This document shows positions 18,209 through 31,624 of a DNA stretch of 32,330 bases, piece after piece (positions within the stretch are counted from its first letter, which is position 1; every line of letters starts with the position of its first letter). Made by a program: the position numbers and the translations under genes. A model generated the notes under the pieces. The model saw only the letters and a program-made list of their open reading frames with translations, did no database searches and was not told the origin of the DNA. The stretch lies in the sequence record DRR723986_4042. One strand, written 5' to 3'.

Positions 18209-19812
18209 TCGGTGTAGGCGCCTTGTTCGAAGGCTTCGGCGAGTTTGAAGCGCTGGATCTTGCCGGAGCCGGTGAGGGGCCAGTCGTCGACCCAGATCCA
18301 GTAGGCGGGCGTTTTCTGGGGCGACAGGCGCTCGCGGATGAAGGTCTTCAGTTCTGCATCGGTCGGGTGGGGCTTTGAATTGCCGCGCATGAAGCAGGCG
18401 ACCTGTTCGCCCCATTTCTCGTCCGGTATGCCGACAATGGCGATTTCGGAAATGGCATCGTGTTCGAGCAGAGCGTTCTCGATCTCTGCCGGGAAGAGGT
18501 TTTCGCCGCCTCGAATGATCATCTCCTTCACCCGGCCGGTGATTTTCACATAGCCGCGTTCGTCCATGCGGCCGAGATCGCCGGTGTGCAGCCATTTTTC
18601 GCTGTCGATGGTTGCGGCAGTGGCTTCCGGATTGTCATTATAGCCGAGCATGACGGAATAGGCGCGGGCGCAGATCTCACCCTGTTCGCCGATCGGCATG
18701 ACTTCGTTCGTGGCCGGGTCGCGGATCGAGATCTCCGTGTGCGGCACGGGCTGGCCGATGGTCTGGGTGAGGTCTTCCTCGCTATCCTCATACCAGGCCT
18801 GGGTGAGGCCGGGGGAGGTTTCGGTCTGGCCATAGATGATCTGGATCGGTGCGCCCAGTACCTTGCGGGCCTTGCGGCAAAGCTCCGGCGGAACCATTGA
18901 GCCGCCGGACATGATGCGACGGGTGGCGGAGACATCGCGTCCTGTTTTCTCGACCTCTTCGATGAGGGCGACCAGCATGGTCGGTACACCGAGAATGAAT
19001 TTTGTGCGCTCACGCTCCATCACCTTGATGATCATGGCAGGGTCGAACATCGGCGCAAGCAGCATGGTCGCACCGACGCCAAGGCCGCCCAGCACAAGAA
19101 TGGCGCAGCCGGTGGTGTGGAAGAGGGGCATGTGGTGCACGAACACATCGCCCTGGTTCACACCGGCGCGTTTCATGTCCTCGATGCCGTTGAGGACGAG
19201 GCCATTGTGGTGGAGCAGGGCGCCCTTGGGAAAGCCGGTCGTGCCGGATGTGTACTGGATCTGCGTCGGGTCGTGCGGGCTGGGATTGCGCAGCTCGCCT
19301 TTTCCTTCGCCATCGAACAGGGCTGCATGGTCGGTCAATAGGATGCGATGGCGGATGGCCGGGATGTCGTTGCAGACGTCATCGGCGATCTGCTGCATCG
19401 GATTGCCCCGGAAATCAGCGACATAATAGATCGCTTCGGACCGTGACTGTTCGAGCACGTATTTCAGTTCGCGCTTCTGGTAGGCCGGGTTCACTGTGAC
19501 GAGAGTGATTCCGGCGAGGCCACATGCGAGTTCCAGCAGCACCCATTCGGGGACATTGTTGGCGTAGACCGCGACGCGGGCGCCTTCCTCATGGCGGCTG
19601 GCCAGCGCGCGGGCGAGGCGCTCGGCATCGAAGAGGAGTTCCTTGTAGGACCAGGCGCGCAGAACGGTGCCATCATAGTCCAGCGCTTTCAGGGCTGGCT
19701 GGTCAGGCTTGCGGGCGGTCGAGGCGCGCAGCATGTCGCCAATTGTGCGCGGGGCCGGTTCGGGGCCCCCATGAGCCGGAAAATAGGATTCCGTCAGCGA
19801 AACCTGGTACAT
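18196..19812 (-). CDS. AMP-dependent acyl-CoA synthetase/ligase
   Basis: YTSGTTGFPKG, YGQTETSP, HTGDLG, GRVKEMIIRGGEN and TGSGK. Confidence 0.93.
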   Translation of the reverse strand: MYQVSLTESYFPAHGGPEPAPRTIGDMLRASTARKPDQPALKALDYDGTVLRAWSYKELLFDAERLARALASRHEEGARVAVYANNVPEWVLLELACGLAGITLVTVNPAYQKRELKYVLEQSRSEAIYYVADFRGNPMQQIADDVCNDIPAIRHRILLTDHAALFDGEGKGELRNPSPHDPTQIQYTSGTTGFPKGALLHHNGLVLNGIEDMKRAGVNQGDVFVHHMPLFHTTGCAILVLGGLGVGATMLLAPMFDPAMIIKVMERERTKFILGVPTMLVALIEEVEKTGRDVSATRRIMSGGSMVPPELCRKARKVLGAPIQIIYGQTETSPGLTQAWYEDSEEDLTQTIGQPVPHTEISIRDPATNEVMPIGEQGEICARAYSVMLGYNDNPEATAATIDSEKWLHTGDLGRMDERGYVKITGRVKEMIIRGGENLFPAEIENALLEHDAISEIAIVGIPDEKWGEQVACFMRGNSKPHPTDAELKTFIRERLSPQKTPAYWIWVDDWPLTGSGKIQRFKLAEAFEQGAYTDQVE

Positions 19813-19817
19813 GCGTG

Positions 19818-19845
19818 CCTCCCAACACTCATTAAGTGTTGGAGG
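19818..19845. promoter_or_regulatory. Inverted repeat CCAACACT-N5-AGTGTTGG overlapping the ligase RBS (operator or RBS-sequestering hairpin)
   Basis: Seen directly at 19822-19842, extended by CCT/AGG with one bulge. Confidence 0.55.
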
Positions 19846-19904
19846 TTACAGGGAAAATTTCCTCGCCGCTACGGGCCAATCCGGCGCGGCTGCAGCAGGT
19901 TCGC

Positions 19905-20201
19905 CTAGTAGGCGTAATGGCCGCGGCGACGCAGGTATCCGGCCATCCGGGAGCGCTTGTCGTCGAGATCGTCTTCGATGATCGAAGGGATCAGGAAGAA
20001 GTCCAGGAACCACCAGACAAAGCCGATCAGGAAGAAATAGGAAATGATCTGCAGGATCGCGCTGATCGGCTTGCCCAGATAAAACCGGTGGGCCGAAACG
20101 AAACCGAGGAAAAACCAAAGCAGGTAGGCCGCGCCAGCGCTCTTGCGCTCATTGGCAACACGTTGCTCGATCAGGATCATGTCATCGGTTGTAAGGCTCA
20201 T
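19905..20201 (-). CDS. TM2 domain-containing protein
   Basis: KSAGAAYLLWFFLGFVSAHRFYLGK; GGAGA RBS. Confidence 0.88.
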   Translation of the reverse strand: MSLTTDDMILIEQRVANERKSAGAAYLLWFFLGFVSAHRFYLGKPISAILQIISYFFLIGFVWWFLDFFLIPSIIEDDLDDKRSRMAGYLRRRGHYAY

Positions 20202-20381
20202 GGCCCAGGGTCTCCTTCTTATCGAATAACAATATATGTGTTTTCCCGCAGGATTCCAAGGGCAGCGCCGATCTGGCGCCTGATTTTTATGTTCCGGCCA
20301 ATCAAAAGCCTTGGCAGGCCGGCGGTTCTGGGCCTTTGCTGAGGGGCCGGGACGGACCCGGCTTCATGGGGAGACAAGAAA

Positions 20382-20780
20382 ATGGCGATAAATAGTAACG
20401 TCCGCGCGGCCATGCTTGGCGCGGGGATCTGCCTGGCAGCAGCCTGCACGACGGTGGCTGAGCCGGATGCGGCCCCTGCCACGGCGCCGAAGGCCTATCT
20501 CGTCGCCGAAATCGAGGTGGTGAATCCAGACCCCTACAAGGTCTATGTGGCGGCGGCCGGACCACTGGTGGCAGCCTATGGCGGCAAGTATCTCGTGCGC
20601 GGCGGCACGGCTGAGGCCCTGGAAGGCGCTCCGCCGGCTGGCCGCATGGTCGTCGTGGAGTTTCCGAGCATGGCGGAAGCGAAGCGTTTCTACGACTCGC
20701 CGGAGTACACGGAAGTCCGGCAGGGGCGAATCGAGAATGCGGTTTCCCGGTTCATTCTGATGGAAGGGCCGGCCCCCTGA
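20382..20780 (+). CDS. DUF1330 family protein with N-terminal lipoprotein signal
   Basis: AYLVAEI, YGGKYLVRGG, LEG, VEFPS and FYDSPEY; signal peptide ends LAAAC. Confidence 0.85.
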   Translation: MAINSNVRAAMLGAGICLAAACTTVAEPDAAPATAPKAYLVAEIEVVNPDPYKVYVAAAGPLVAAYGGKYLVRGGTAEALEGAPPAGRMVVVEFPSMAEAKRFYDSPEYTEVRQGRIENAVSRFILMEGPAP

Positions 20781-20824
20781 TGCGGTATCTTCCTTTCGGT
20801 TCGGTGTCCTGCTAAGCGCCGCTG

Positions 20825-21682
20825 ATGTACCAGATATCGGCAAGAGGCGCGCGGGCGCCGGTGGAAGCAGCATGGGATGCCCTGGCCTGGGCGGACCCTT
20901 CGCCTGCGGGCGCAGTGGACTGCAAGGAAGACGGACGGGGCGTCTGGCGCCTCGACGCCTTCGCGGAGAGCCAGGAAGACGCCGACGCGTGCGTGGCCAT
21001 GATCACCGAGGCCAGCCCGGAGCTGAACGCGCGAGTGGAAGAAGTCGTCGAGCGCGACTGGGTGACCATGTCGCTGGAAGGCCTGCCGCCGGTTTCTGCT
21101 GGTCCGTTCTTTGTCGCGGGCAGTCATGCGCTGGCGAAGATGGCGCCGGGGCGGATCCCGGTGCTGATCGAGGCAGGGCCGGCTTTCGGCACCGGCCATC
21201 ACGGCACGACGCTGGGTTGCCTGCTGGCGCTGGATGACGTGCGTCGCCGCCGCGCCATCGGGAAAGTGCTGGATCTCGGGACGGGCTCCGGCGTGCTGGC
21301 CATCGCCGCTCTGAAGGCCGGCGCGACCATGGCGCTCGGCACCGATATCGATTTCGACAGCGTCGTCGTGGCGAACGAGAACGCGAAGAAGAACAATGTG
21401 ACCGGCTTCACGGCCATGCATGTGACCGGCGCGAACCATCCCCGCATCCGGCAGTCTGCGCCATACCAGACCGTGTTTGCGAATATCCTGATGAAGCCGC
21501 TGATCGGCCTCGCGCCGGAAATTGCGCGCCTCACGGCGCCCGGCGGCACGATCATCCTGTCAGGCCTGCTGCATCACCAGGCCATGCAGGTGCGTCAGGC
21601 CTTCGAGGGCCACGGCATCCTGTTCGAACGCCGCATCCGCAAGGATGGCTGGTCCACGCTGGTCATGCGCCAGAAAGCCTGA
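20825..21682 (+). CDS. prmA: 50S ribosomal protein L11 methyltransferase
   Basis: AFGTGHHGTT, VLDLGTGSGVLAIAA, ANIL and ILSGLL. Confidence 0.93.
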   Translation: MYQISARGARAPVEAAWDALAWADPSPAGAVDCKEDGRGVWRLDAFAESQEDADACVAMITEASPELNARVEEVVERDWVTMSLEGLPPVSAGPFFVAGSHALAKMAPGRIPVLIEAGPAFGTGHHGTTLGCLLALDDVRRRRAIGKVLDLGTGSGVLAIAALKAGATMALGTDIDFDSVVVANENAKKNNVTGFTAMHVTGANHPRIRQSAPYQTVFANILMKPLIGLAPEIARLTAPGGTIILSGLLHHQAMQVRQAFEGHGILFERRIRKDGWSTLVMRQKA

Positions 21683-21703
21683 CGCAGGGCAGAACCGGGC
21701 ATT

Positions 21704-21812
21704 CAAATAAAAATCTCCCGCCGCATCCCAGGGAGGATGGGCGGGAGGAAGGTAATCTACACTCAGGGTAGGTTGCCTGCCCGGAGGTGTGGGCAGGCCA
21801 GGGATCAGGGTT
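21704..21812 (-). ncRNA. Candidate structured RNA (three hairpins, C-rich CCUCC loops, U-rich tail) downstream of a small ORF
   Basis: Minus strand reads GCCUGCCC-ACACCUCC-GGGCAGGC, then CUAC-N7-GUAG, then CUCCCGCCCAUCC-UCCCUG-GGAUGCGGCGGGAG followed by AUUUUUAUUU. Confidence 0.45.
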
Positions 21813-21814
21813 GA

Positions 21815-21991
21815 TCAGGCGTGCGTGGCGCGGCGTGCCCAGCGGGCCATGCGGCGGGCCAGGATGCGCGGACGGTTCACCGGCATCTGCACGGCTTCGC
21901 CGGCGATGATCGCGCGGGTGATATCTTTGACTTCTGCGCCGCGAATTTCGGCAGTGTCGGTGCGGGCGGAGGTCGTCAGGTCGGTATTCAT
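21815..21991 (-). CDS. Small hypothetical protein (58 aa, Arg-rich C-terminus)
   Basis: ATG at 21991 after an A-rich leader; GC-ending codons; fills the prmA-aminopeptidase gap; followed by a terminator-like hairpin. Confidence 0.55.
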   Translation of the reverse strand: MNTDLTTSARTDTAEIRGAEVKDITRAIIAGEAVQMPVNRPRILARRMARWARRATHA

Positions 21992-22080
21992 CAGTTTTGC
22001 TTTCGTTGTTCTTGCAATTATTATTCGAGCGTTCTTTTTCCGAACCCGAGATCGATGTCTCAATGCCTTCGGAGGGCGCC

Positions 22081-22154
22081 ATATAGGCCTCAGAGGTAAA
22101 CAAAAAAGAGGGAAAGCCCGAAAAATAGCATGCTGAAATGCATAGCTCAAATGC
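22081..22154 (-). promoter_or_regulatory. Putative promoter (-10 CTATAT at 22081-22086) with upstream GCAT-N7-ATGC palindrome (22140-22154)
   Basis: Alphaproteobacterial sigma70-type -10 with a weak -35. The palindrome resembles LsrB/VtlR-type LysR sites as recalled. Confidence 0.45.
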
Positions 22155-22191
22155 GCTTTCCTTGGGTCAGGTGCGGCGGTAAGACTCCGGC

Positions 22192-24003
22192 ATGAGACAG
22201 ACCTTCGATATCAAGGGCGGCCCCCAGGACGGGCGCGCGCACCTTCCGCTGCTCCGCAAGGAGCTTGGCGCCATGGGCCTCGACGGCTTTTACGTGCCGC
22301 ACGACGACGAATACCAGAACGAGTACCTGCCGGACGCGAACGAGCGCCTGGCTTGGGTGTCCGGCTTTACCGGCTCGTTCGGGTCCGCCTTCGTCTTCAC
22401 CGACAAGGCCGTGATCTTCGCCGATGGCCGCTACACCATTCAGGCGGCCGACCAGACCGCCCCGGAATTGTGGGACCGGGAAGCCATTCCGGAGCCGGGC
22501 GCTTTTGGGTGGCTGGCGAAGCAGAAACTCTCCGGCAAGAAGGTCGGCTACGACCCGCGCCTAATGAGCCCGAACGATGTCACCCTGCTGGAGGCCGCCG
22601 CAAAGAAATCCGGCGCCGAACTGGTCGCGGTCGAGGATAACCCGATCGACAAGGCCTGGACAGATCGTCCGCCGCAGCCGATGGCGGAAGTCGCGCCTTA
22701 CCATGTGAAATATGCCGGCGTTGCGCATGACGAAAAGCGCGCTGAAATCGGCAAAGCGCTGGAAGAGGATGGCATCGATGCCGCCGTGCTGACGTCACCG
22801 GCGTCGCTTGCCTGGGCTTTCAATATCCGGGGCGGGGACGTGATGTGCACGCCGCTGCCGCTCGGCCGGGCGATCCTCCACAAGGATGGCAGTGCGGACC
22901 TTTTCCTGGACGAAGCGAAAGTCTCGCCGAAGCTGCGCAAGCATCTCGGCAATACGGTCACCGTCCGTCCGCTGTCGGAAATCGACGAGGGACTAGGTGA
23001 GCTGTCCGGCAAGACCGTCAGCCTCGATCCGGACCTCGCCTCGGCCTGGTTCTTCGACACGGTGGAAGCCGCCGGCGGCAAGATCGTGCGCCAGCGCGAC
23101 CCGGTGGCCCTGCCGCGCGCCTGCAAGAATGAGGCAGAGATCAAGGGCACGACCGCCGCGCACATTCGTGACGGCGTTGCGCTGACCCGCTTCCTGCACT
23201 GGCTCGACACTGAAGCGCAAAGCGGCAAGGTGACCGAGATCGAAGCGGCGATCCGGCTGGAAAATTTCCGCGACGAATACGACTCGCTGAAAGACCTGTC
23301 CTTCCCGTCGATTTCCGGCGCCGTGGAGCATGGCGCGCTGCCGCATTACCGCGTGTCGGAAGCCTCCGACCGGACGCTGGAACTCGGCTCGCTCTACCTG
23401 ATCGATTCAGGCGGTCAGTATCCGGATGGCACGACGGACGTCACCCGCACGGTGCCGATCGGCGGGCCGACAGCGGATATGATCCGCCACTATACGCTGG
23501 TGCTGAAAGGCCATATCGCGCTCGCCACAGTGCGCTTCCCGGAGGGCACGACGGGCACGCATCTCGATGTGTTGGCGCGTCATGCGCTGTGGCGGGCCGG
23601 GCTCGACTACCAGCACGGCACGGGCCATGGCGTCGGGGTTTATCTCGGCGTGCATGAAGGGCCGCACCGCATTGCCAAGGCGTGGAATGCCGTGCCGCTG
23701 ATGCCGGGCATGATCGTCTCGAACGAACCCGGCTATTACCGGGAAGGGCAGTACGGCATCCGGATCGAGAATTTGCAATATGTTACCCCGCCAGCTCCCA
23801 TCGAGGGCGGCGAGATCGACATGCTGGGCTTCGAATGCCTGACCTTCGCGCCGCTGGCACGTGACTTGATCGACGTGAAGCTGCTCACCAAAGAAGAGCG
23901 CAAATACGTCAACGACTATCACAAGAAGGTCTGGAAGCTGCTGAACCGCAAACTGCCGGACGATGTGAAAGCCTGGCTGAAAGACGCCACGAAGCGGATC
24001 TGA
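22192..24003 (+). CDS. Aminopeptidase P family (Xaa-Pro, M24B)
   Basis: SGFTGS, DGRY, DSGGQYPDGTTDVTRT, HGTGHGVG, HEGP, SNEPGYY and GIRIEN. Confidence 0.95.
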   Translation: MRQTFDIKGGPQDGRAHLPLLRKELGAMGLDGFYVPHDDEYQNEYLPDANERLAWVSGFTGSFGSAFVFTDKAVIFADGRYTIQAADQTAPELWDREAIPEPGAFGWLAKQKLSGKKVGYDPRLMSPNDVTLLEAAAKKSGAELVAVEDNPIDKAWTDRPPQPMAEVAPYHVKYAGVAHDEKRAEIGKALEEDGIDAAVLTSPASLAWAFNIRGGDVMCTPLPLGRAILHKDGSADLFLDEAKVSPKLRKHLGNTVTVRPLSEIDEGLGELSGKTVSLDPDLASAWFFDTVEAAGGKIVRQRDPVALPRACKNEAEIKGTTAAHIRDGVALTRFLHWLDTEAQSGKVTEIEAAIRLENFRDEYDSLKDLSFPSISGAVEHGALPHYRVSEASDRTLELGSLYLIDSGGQYPDGTTDVTRTVPIGGPTADMIRHYTLVLKGHIALATVRFPEGTTGTHLDVLARHALWRAGLDYQHGTGHGVGVYLGVHEGPHRIAKAWNAVPLMPGMIVSNEPGYYREGQYGIRIENLQYVTPPAPIEGGEIDMLGFECLTFAPLARDLIDVKLLTKEERKYVNDYHKKVWKLLNRKLPDDVKAWLKDATKRI

Positions 24004-24010
24004 TGAAGTG

Positions 24011-24044
24011 GCGCCCTCTCCCGGTTTCCGGGGGAGAGCGGCGC
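24011..24044. terminator. GC-rich hairpin between convergent genes
   Basis: GCGCC-CTCTCCC-GG...CC-GGGGGAGAG-C-GGCGC; no clear U tract. Confidence 0.55.
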
Positions 24045-24045
24045 G

Positions 24046-24732
24046 TCAGAACGCCCGCACTCTTCCGGTCCATTCGATGAACTGGCCTGTGCGGGCAAGC
24101 GTCAGCCCTTCTGCGACATTGATGATGCCGCGGGCGACTTCCGTCGGCGTGAGGTTTGCGGCGGGCCCGCCCATGTCGGTCTGCACCCAGCCCGGATCGA
24201 TCAGGCAGACTGCGATGCCTTCTGGCGCGAGATCCGTCGCAAGGCCCTGCATCACCTTGTTCACCGCTGCCTTGGACGCCCGATAGGCGATCCGGTCGGA
24301 ATTGGCATATCCCATCCAGGACATCTGGCTCGAAACGGTCAGGATACGACCGTTTTCTGAATTCCGAATATGACGCAGGAAAGCCTCCGCCACGGCAAGC
24401 GGGGCGAGCGTGTTGATTTCCAGCGTCCGGGCAAAGCCGTCGAAATCCATGTTGAGCGTGGTCTGTTCTGCATCCGGCGGGCCGATTGTGCCGGCATTGT
24501 TGATCAGGATGTCGACGGGCGCGTCAAGGCGCGCAGCGGCTGCTGACATGGCTGCGCGGTCGGTCACGTCGAAGACAAGTGGTGTGAAGCCGGAGCCGAG
24601 TTCCGCTGCTGTTTCCTCCGCCTGTGCCCCGGTGCGCACGCTGCCATAGACGCGCCAGCCCTTGTCCAGCGCCTCCCGGGCGAGGTGGAAGCCGATGCCA
24701 CGATTTGTGCCGGTGATAAGGATGGTGGTCAT
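24046..24732 (-). CDS. Short-chain dehydrogenase/reductase (CsgA/C-factor-like)
   Basis: TGTNRGIG, NNAG, YRASK and PGWVQTDMG. Confidence 0.92.
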   Translation of the reverse strand: MTTILITGTNRGIGFHLAREALDKGWRVYGSVRTGAQAEETAAELGSGFTPLVFDVTDRAAMSAAAARLDAPVDILINNAGTIGPPDAEQTTLNMDFDGFARTLEINTLAPLAVAEAFLRHIRNSENGRILTVSSQMSWMGYANSDRIAYRASKAAVNKVMQGLATDLAPEGIAVCLIDPGWVQTDMGGPAANLTPTEVARGIINVAEGLTLARTGQFIEWTGRVRAF

Positions 24733-24733
24733 G

Positions 24734-25519
24734 TCAAACGAGTCCCAATTGCTTCAGCGCATCCTGCACGCCGTCGAACCGGGGGCGGATGTCGTCTCCG
24801 ATATGGGCATGGGTAGGGATGTAGAACAGGCCGAGGTCCAGGCCTTTCAGGGCAATCTCAGCGCACTGCTCCGGCATGATGACGTTGAATTCGGGCGGAA
24901 TCATCGCCGGATCCGGAATGCCGCTGGCGATCAACGGTGTATAGACCCCGCCCGGCATCAGCACGTGCAGATCCATCAGCTCTCCGCCTAATTCCTCCTT
25001 CAGCCATTCGGCCATGATGAGCACGCCATGCTTGCTGGCTCCATAGGCGCCGATACGGCTGCGCTTGACGGCCTGGGGCAGGCTGAGGGAGTTCTCCGAT
25101 CCGGTGATCATCAGCCGTCCGCGCATGCCGGACTTGGCCAGCGCCTCGCCATAGGCCTGTGCAATGCGGAAGGGGGCGAACATGTTCACCGCGAAGAGGT
25201 TCATCGTGTTGGACCCGAAGTCTTCCTCCATGATCTTCTTGCGCCGTCCGAAACCTGCATTGGCGCAGACAAGGTCCAGTTGTCCCTTCCAGACGAAGGC
25301 GTCTCTGACGAGGTCGCCCGGCGTATCCTTCGCCGACAGGTCACAGCCGATGGCGAGGCCCGGGCGGGGCAGGCGCGCGACGACCTCCCTGGCCAAGTCT
25401 GCCTGTATGTCGGCGACCACGACGTCCGCCCCGCGTTCGCTGAGCTGCGTCGCCAGCGCTGCGCCGATGCCGGATGCCCCGCCGGTAACCAGCGCCACCT
25501 TGCCTGTGTAGTCGATCAT
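24734..25519 (-). CDS. Short-chain dehydrogenase/reductase
   Basis: TGGASGIG, ANAG, YGASK and PGGVYT. Confidence 0.92.
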   Translation of the reverse strand: MIDYTGKVALVTGGASGIGAALATQLSERGADVVVADIQADLAREVVARLPRPGLAIGCDLSAKDTPGDLVRDAFVWKGQLDLVCANAGFGRRKKIMEEDFGSNTMNLFAVNMFAPFRIAQAYGEALAKSGMRGRLMITGSENSLSLPQAVKRSRIGAYGASKHGVLIMAEWLKEELGGELMDLHVLMPGGVYTPLIASGIPDPAMIPPEFNVIMPEQCAEIALKGLDLGLFYIPTHAHIGDDIRPRFDGVQDALKQLGLV

Positions 25520-25630
25520 GCTTGCGGCCTCCCTGAATTTCGCCGTTTTTTACAGGCTATACTGAAAGCGTGGCCGGGCAGAGGCCCAAGACAAAAACTG
25601 CCGGAAGATCTGTCCGTGCAGATTTCATTT

Positions 25631-25645
25631 GTTCTGTTTTTGTTC
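25631..25645. promoter_or_regulatory. Alphaproteobacterial LexA (SOS) box GTTC-N7-GTTC
   Basis: GTTCTGTTTTTGTTC, an exact consensus match 40 bp upstream of recN. Confidence 0.88.
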
Positions 25646-25685
25646 TCATGTTAGGAACGCGCTCCGTAGAGTTGGGAGTGCAATC

Positions 25686-29476
<3,791 letters not shown>

Positions 29477-29494
29477 CGCGCGTTGCCCGGTCGC

Positions 29495-30325
29495 TTATTT
29501 CCCGCCGGGAATGATTCTCTGCAGCAGGGTGCGCTTCGGTGCCGACGTATCCAGCATCACACCTTCAGATGTCAGAAGGTTGTAGGCCATCTTGTACCAG
29601 TCCGATTCCGGATAATTGTATCCGAGAGTCGCGGCGGCTTCCGTGGCCTGCGGGCGCATGCCGAGTGAGAGATAGGCTTCGACCAGGCGATAGAGCGCTT
29701 CCTCGGAGTGGGAAGTTGTGTCGTAGTCCTGAACGACGGCGCGGAACCGGTTGATCGCGGCCAGCGTCTGGTTGGACCGCAGGTACCAGCGGCCGACTTC
29801 CATTTCCTTGCCGGCGAGTTGGTCATTGACCATGTCCAGCTTCAATTGCACGTCGCGGGCGTATTCACTGTCCGGGAAACGGCGCAGTACGTCCTGCAGG
29901 GAGACCTTGGTCTGTTCGGTCATGCCCTGGTCGCGGCCGACATCGACAATCTGCTCAAACTGGCTGACCGCGATGAGGTAGTAGGCATAGGCGGCTTCGG
30001 TGCCGCCGGGGTGCAGCGAGATATAGCGCTGAGCTGCGGAGATGGCTTCGTCATAGTCACGGCGCCGGTAATGAGCGTACGCGGTCATCACCATCGCCTT
30101 GCGGGCCCATTCGGAATAGGGGTGCTGGCGTTCGACTTCGTTGAACAGCAGGATCGCTGTCTCGTAATCGCGGCTGTCCAGTTCGCTGCCGGCCTGATTG
30201 TAGAGTTGCTCGACCGGGCGCTCGACATAGGCGAGTTCGCGCTGGCGCTTTTCCCGGCTCTGGCAGGCTGTGAGGCTCACAGCCACGGCGATCAGGGCGA
30301 GGGCGAGGGGCTTGGCAGGCTTCAT
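29495..30325 (-). CDS. bamD: Outer membrane protein assembly lipoprotein BamD (ComL)
   Basis: Lipobox LTAC, EVERQHPYSEWA, LAGKEMEVGRWY; downstream of lpxC. Confidence 0.95.
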   Translation of the reverse strand: MKPAKPLALALIAVAVSLTACQSREKRQRELAYVERPVEQLYNQAGSELDSRDYETAILLFNEVERQHPYSEWARKAMVMTAYAHYRRRDYDEAISAAQRYISLHPGGTEAAYAYYLIAVSQFEQIVDVGRDQGMTEQTKVSLQDVLRRFPDSEYARDVQLKLDMVNDQLAGKEMEVGRWYLRSNQTLAAINRFRAVVQDYDTTSHSEEALYRLVEAYLSLGMRPQATEAAATLGYNYPESDWYKMAYNLLTSEGVMLDTSAPKRTLLQRIIPGGK

Positions 30326-30500
30326 GGGCTCCGGCGCGCTTTCTGCAATTCTTGTCGCCCTCTGATTAGCGCGAACCCTGCCGGAATTCCAAGGAACTTT
30401 CACATGCCGGAAACCTTAAGCAGGCCCGGAAACAGGCTGGGCGGCCCAAGTCTTACAGGCTTTTAAGACAGGCTCTTTGAGGAAGCGCGGCGATTACCGC

Positions 30501-31418
30501 TCAGATGGCAGCGCCAGCCCGAACAGTTTGGGTGACGAGACCGGTGTCCGCGTCGCTTTCCCAGCACCAGGCTTCCGGGGTTTCCAGCAGCTTGCGCACC
30601 AGCTTGTTGTTCAGGGCGTGGCCCGGCTGCACGGCGTCATACGCCCCGGCAATCGGTGCCCCTGCCAGCATCAGATCGCCCACCGCATCCAGCATCTTGT
30701 GGCGCACGAATTCATCTTCGATGCGCAGGCCTTCCGGGTTCATGATCGCTTCGTCGTCGTCGATCACGACGGCATTATCGAGCGAGCCGCCGCGGGCAAG
30801 GCCCATGGAACGCAGCATCTCGACATCGCGGGCAAACCCATAGGTGCGGGCAAAGGCGAGGTCCCGGGCAAACATGCCGGGCGCGAGGCGCAGGGCCATC
30901 TGCTGAACGCCGATGACATTGTTGTCGTATTCGATACGGGCGCGCAGCGTGAGGTGATTGTCTTCAGAGGGCGACAGGGTGGCGCGCTTCGGCCCGTCAA
31001 CGATCTCGATGGTTTCGAGGATGCGGATGCGGCGGCGCGGCGCGGTCTGCTGTTTCAGGCCAGCCTGCAGAAGCAGCTCGCAATAGACGGCCGACGAGCC
31101 GTCCATGATCGGAACTTCCGGCCCGTCGATCTCGATCAGCAGATTGTCGATGCCGAGACCGGAGACGGCCGCCATCAGGTGTTCAACTACGGCGACCGAA
31201 ATGCCTTTTTCGTTGGAGATCGTCGTGCCGAGCTGAGTGTCGGAGACGTTTGCGGCATGGGCCAGGATTTCAGCTTTCGGCAGGCCGAGGTCTGTGCGGC
31301 GGAACAGGATGCCGGTGCCGACAGGCGCCGGTTTCAGAACCAGCCGGGCCTTCTCGCCGCTGTGGACGCCGACGCCGGCGCACATGGCGGGCCGCTCAAT
31401 TGTCTGCTGCATTTCCAT
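30501..31418 (-). CDS. lpxC: UDP-3-O-acyl-N-acetylglucosamine deacetylase
   Basis: GVGVHSG, VEHLMAA, EVPIMDGS, HKMLDAVGDL and GHALN. Start 31418 or 31412. Confidence 0.96.
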   Translation of the reverse strand: MEMQQTIERPAMCAGVGVHSGEKARLVLKPAPVGTGILFRRTDLGLPKAEILAHAANVSDTQLGTTISNEKGISVAVVEHLMAAVSGLGIDNLLIEIDGPEVPIMDGSSAVYCELLLQAGLKQQTAPRRRIRILETIEIVDGPKRATLSPSEDNHLTLRARIEYDNNVIGVQQMALRLAPGMFARDLAFARTYGFARDVEMLRSMGLARGGSLDNAVVIDDDEAIMNPEGLRIEDEFVRHKMLDAVGDLMLAGAPIAGAYDAVQPGHALNNKLVRKLLETPEAWCWESDADTGLVTQTVRAGAAI

Positions 31419-31624
31419 GCCAAATCTACTCACAACTGCCCCATGATAACAGAGGACTTTGTGGGGGCAGGGGGTTAAAGGAGCAAAACACGGCTTGTTT
31501 CGGCGTGTTACAAAACGGGCCATATCATCAGATATCGCCCTGTTTAAACTAGACTTTTATTGTAACAGGTTAACCCTGCCTGACTGTTTTTTCACGCATC
31601 CGGCGCCGCCGTCGGGTGGGCGGT

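Noticed and set aside
31543-31576. Possible CtrA boxes upstream of lpxC
   Set aside because: TTAA half-sites are present but not in TTAA-N7-TTAA spacing.
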